DNA of 45,713 bases from the NCBI GenBank assembly GCA_024640785.1, contig JAHEEI010000001.1:1-45713 (forward strand). The letters are read 5' to 3'. Positions 44,466 through 45,713 of the stretch are shown piece after piece (within the stretch, counting starts at the first letter, position 1; each line of letters starts with the position of its first letter). The DNA comes from Pseudomonadota bacterium (GTDB taxonomy: Bacteria > Desulfobacterota > WTBG01 > CAIYCZ01 > CAIRTM01). The translations under genes were made by a program, and so were the position numbers. The notes below the pieces were generated by a model. It did no database searches and was not told where the DNA came from. It saw only the letters and a list, made by a program, of their open reading frames with translations.

Positions 44466-44561
44466 GGATAATATCCTTTTCTTATGTTGCTTTTCAAACC
44501 ATACGCAATTAAAAGGAGAGTGTTTTGTTAAACAATCTGTCTTGAAAAATTATCCTTCCGG

Positions 44562-45614
44562 CTAAATTCCGGATGCTCCGGAAAGTTTCCCAAAAACTTG
44601 ATTGAGTTCCTGCTCGGCATCGGATATCAGTTCTTTTATAAGGTCATTGACCGGTTTGATTTCATTGGCAAGCCCAACGGCCTGTCCGGCCATGAGGGAA
44701 CCGTTTTCAACGTCTCCGTCTATAACAGCTTTTTGCAGGCCTCCTATCCAGTACTCCTCGATCTGCACCTGGGCTTCCAGCCGATCAATTTCCTTGTCAT
44801 CAATTTTTTTCATGATTTCAAACTGCAGGCGGTTAAATGTGTCTGTGCCCTTGTTCTTCAGGGCTCGCACCGGAATCACCGGCAAACGGGAGTCAAACTG
44901 TGGTGCGGCCATGGCTTCCCGGGCCCGGGCTTTCCGGAATGCTGTCTTGAAATTTTCATGTACAATGCAGTCTTCGGTCATAACAAAGCGAGTACCCAGT
45001 TGTACGCCGGAAGCCCCCATCAGCAACAGATGCGCCATCATTTTTCCTGTGGCGATACCTCCGGCAATAAAAATCGGGATTTGATCACTGTATTCGAAAA
45101 GAATCTGTTGCCAGAGGATCGGTCCGGCAACGGGTCCGATATGTCCACCCGCCTCCATTCCCTCGAGGATCAGCCCGTCCACCCCATAAGTCAGCATGCG
45201 CTCGGCCAGAGAGGCTGTGGAAGCAAATACCAGTACTTTGGCCCCGGAGTCCCTGGCTTTTTCGATTTCTGATTTTTTCGGCAGGCTGCCTGCGAAAACA
45301 ATCACGGGAAGTCTGGCTTTAACAACAGTTTCCAGGTGCTCCTGGTAGTTGGGCGCCACTGTGATCAGATTCACTGCAAAGGGTTTGTCTGTAAGTCCTC
45401 GGGTGGTCTGAATCTGGCGGTCCAGCGTGGTTTGTGGCATATTGCCGCATGCAAGACTGGCAAAAGCGCCAGCATTGCAAACTTTGGACACCAGGTGCGG
45501 TTCGCTAACCCATGTCATGGCACCACAGATGATGGGATGCTCTACTCCTAGAAGTTCTTTTCCACGTTTCCACAGGTTGTCCAGTTGGGTTGTCGCTGTT
45601 TTTTTAGTTTCCAT
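44562..45614 (-). CDS. nitronate monooxygenase / FabK-like FMN oxidoreductase
   Basis: HPIICGAMTWVS, EGMEAGGHIG, and FIAGGIATGKMMAHLLLMGASGVQLGTRF. 350 aa. Confidence 0.8.
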   Translation of the reverse strand: METKKTATTQLDNLWKRGKELLGVEHPIICGAMTWVSEPHLVSKVCNAGAFASLACGNMPQTTLDRQIQTTRGLTDKPFAVNLITVAPNYQEHLETVVKARLPVIVFAGSLPKKSEIEKARDSGAKVLVFASTASLAERMLTYGVDGLILEGMEAGGHIGPVAGPILWQQILFEYSDQIPIFIAGGIATGKMMAHLLLMGASGVQLGTRFVMTEDCIVHENFKTAFRKARAREAMAAPQFDSRLPVIPVRALKNKGTDTFNRLQFEIMKKIDDKEIDRLEAQVQIEEYWIGGLQKAVIDGDVENGSLMAGQAVGLANEIKPVNDLIKELISDAEQELNQVFGKLSGASGI

Positions 45615-45713
45615 GAATTATCCTTTATTTGTAAAAATTTGCGATGGTACTTTAAATTGTTGTTTTAATTGCCTCACGGTCCTCTGGACGGCAATACTTA
45701 AAAACTCATATCT

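Noticed and set aside
44598-45272. 224-aa and 160-aa ORFs antisense to the nitronate monooxygenase-like gene
   Set aside because: The minus-strand product has clear FMN-oxidoreductase motifs. These are typical shadow ORFs in a GC-richer gene.
1-45713. Mobile element, prophage or defence-island signatures
   Set aside because: No transposase, integrase, tRNA attachment site, terminal inverted repeats, restriction/TA/abortive-infection hallmark motifs or cas genes were recognisable. The HD, TerB and kinase domains present fit housekeeping or envelope roles in their contexts.

Overview
This window looks like a chromosomal segment from an anaerobic Desulfobacterota (deltaproteobacterial) type organism. 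That placement is an inference from gene content only: a CobA/HemD fusion with SirC, c3/c7-type multihaem cytochromes, FdhD and an LPS core cluster. I saw no rRNA, tRNA, CRISPR array, transposase, integrase or phage gene.

Layout:
- **1-10.1 kb, housekeeping:** SDR, djlA, rsmD, 3-hydroxyacyl-CoA dehydrogenase, an acidic tandem-repeat membrane protein, an HD hydrolase, prfB with its programmed +1 frameshift, lnt, and an acyl-CoA ligase.
- **10.1-10.8 kb:** a decayed kinase-like gene remnant and an orphan MoaD/ThiS-like gene.
- **11.0-18.1 kb, tetrapyrrole cluster:** hemA divergent from hemC, cobA/hemD, hemB, hemL and sirC.
- **18.1-30.3 kb, LPS inner-core cluster:** AT-rich and divergently organised. 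It holds two GT9 heptosyltransferases, two GT2, two GT4, a DAGK-type lipid kinase, and three ORFs carrying five or six Kdo/WaaP-type kinase domains.
- **30.7-35.2 kb:** a PP-loop ATPase, a 999-aa M1-peptidase/ChaN/PDZ fusion, and a soluble P-type-ATPase-like HAD protein.
- **35.3-38.3 kb, cytochrome pair:** a GC-richer two-gene module encoding a secreted pentahaem cytochrome c and a fusion of a cytochrome-b membrane domain to a 13-haem cytochrome c.
- **38.6-45.6 kb:** a polyprenyl-synthase-like protein with a degenerate first Asp-rich motif, an MMPL/RND exporter, an HPP membrane protein, fdhD, and a nitronate monooxygenase/FabK-like flavoprotein.

The candidates I consider most worth follow-up are the cytochrome b/tridecahaem fusion module, the multi-kinase LPS cluster, the M1-ChaN-PDZ fusion, and the polyprenyl-synthase-like/MMPL pair. 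All functional calls rest on motif recognition by eye. No database search was run.
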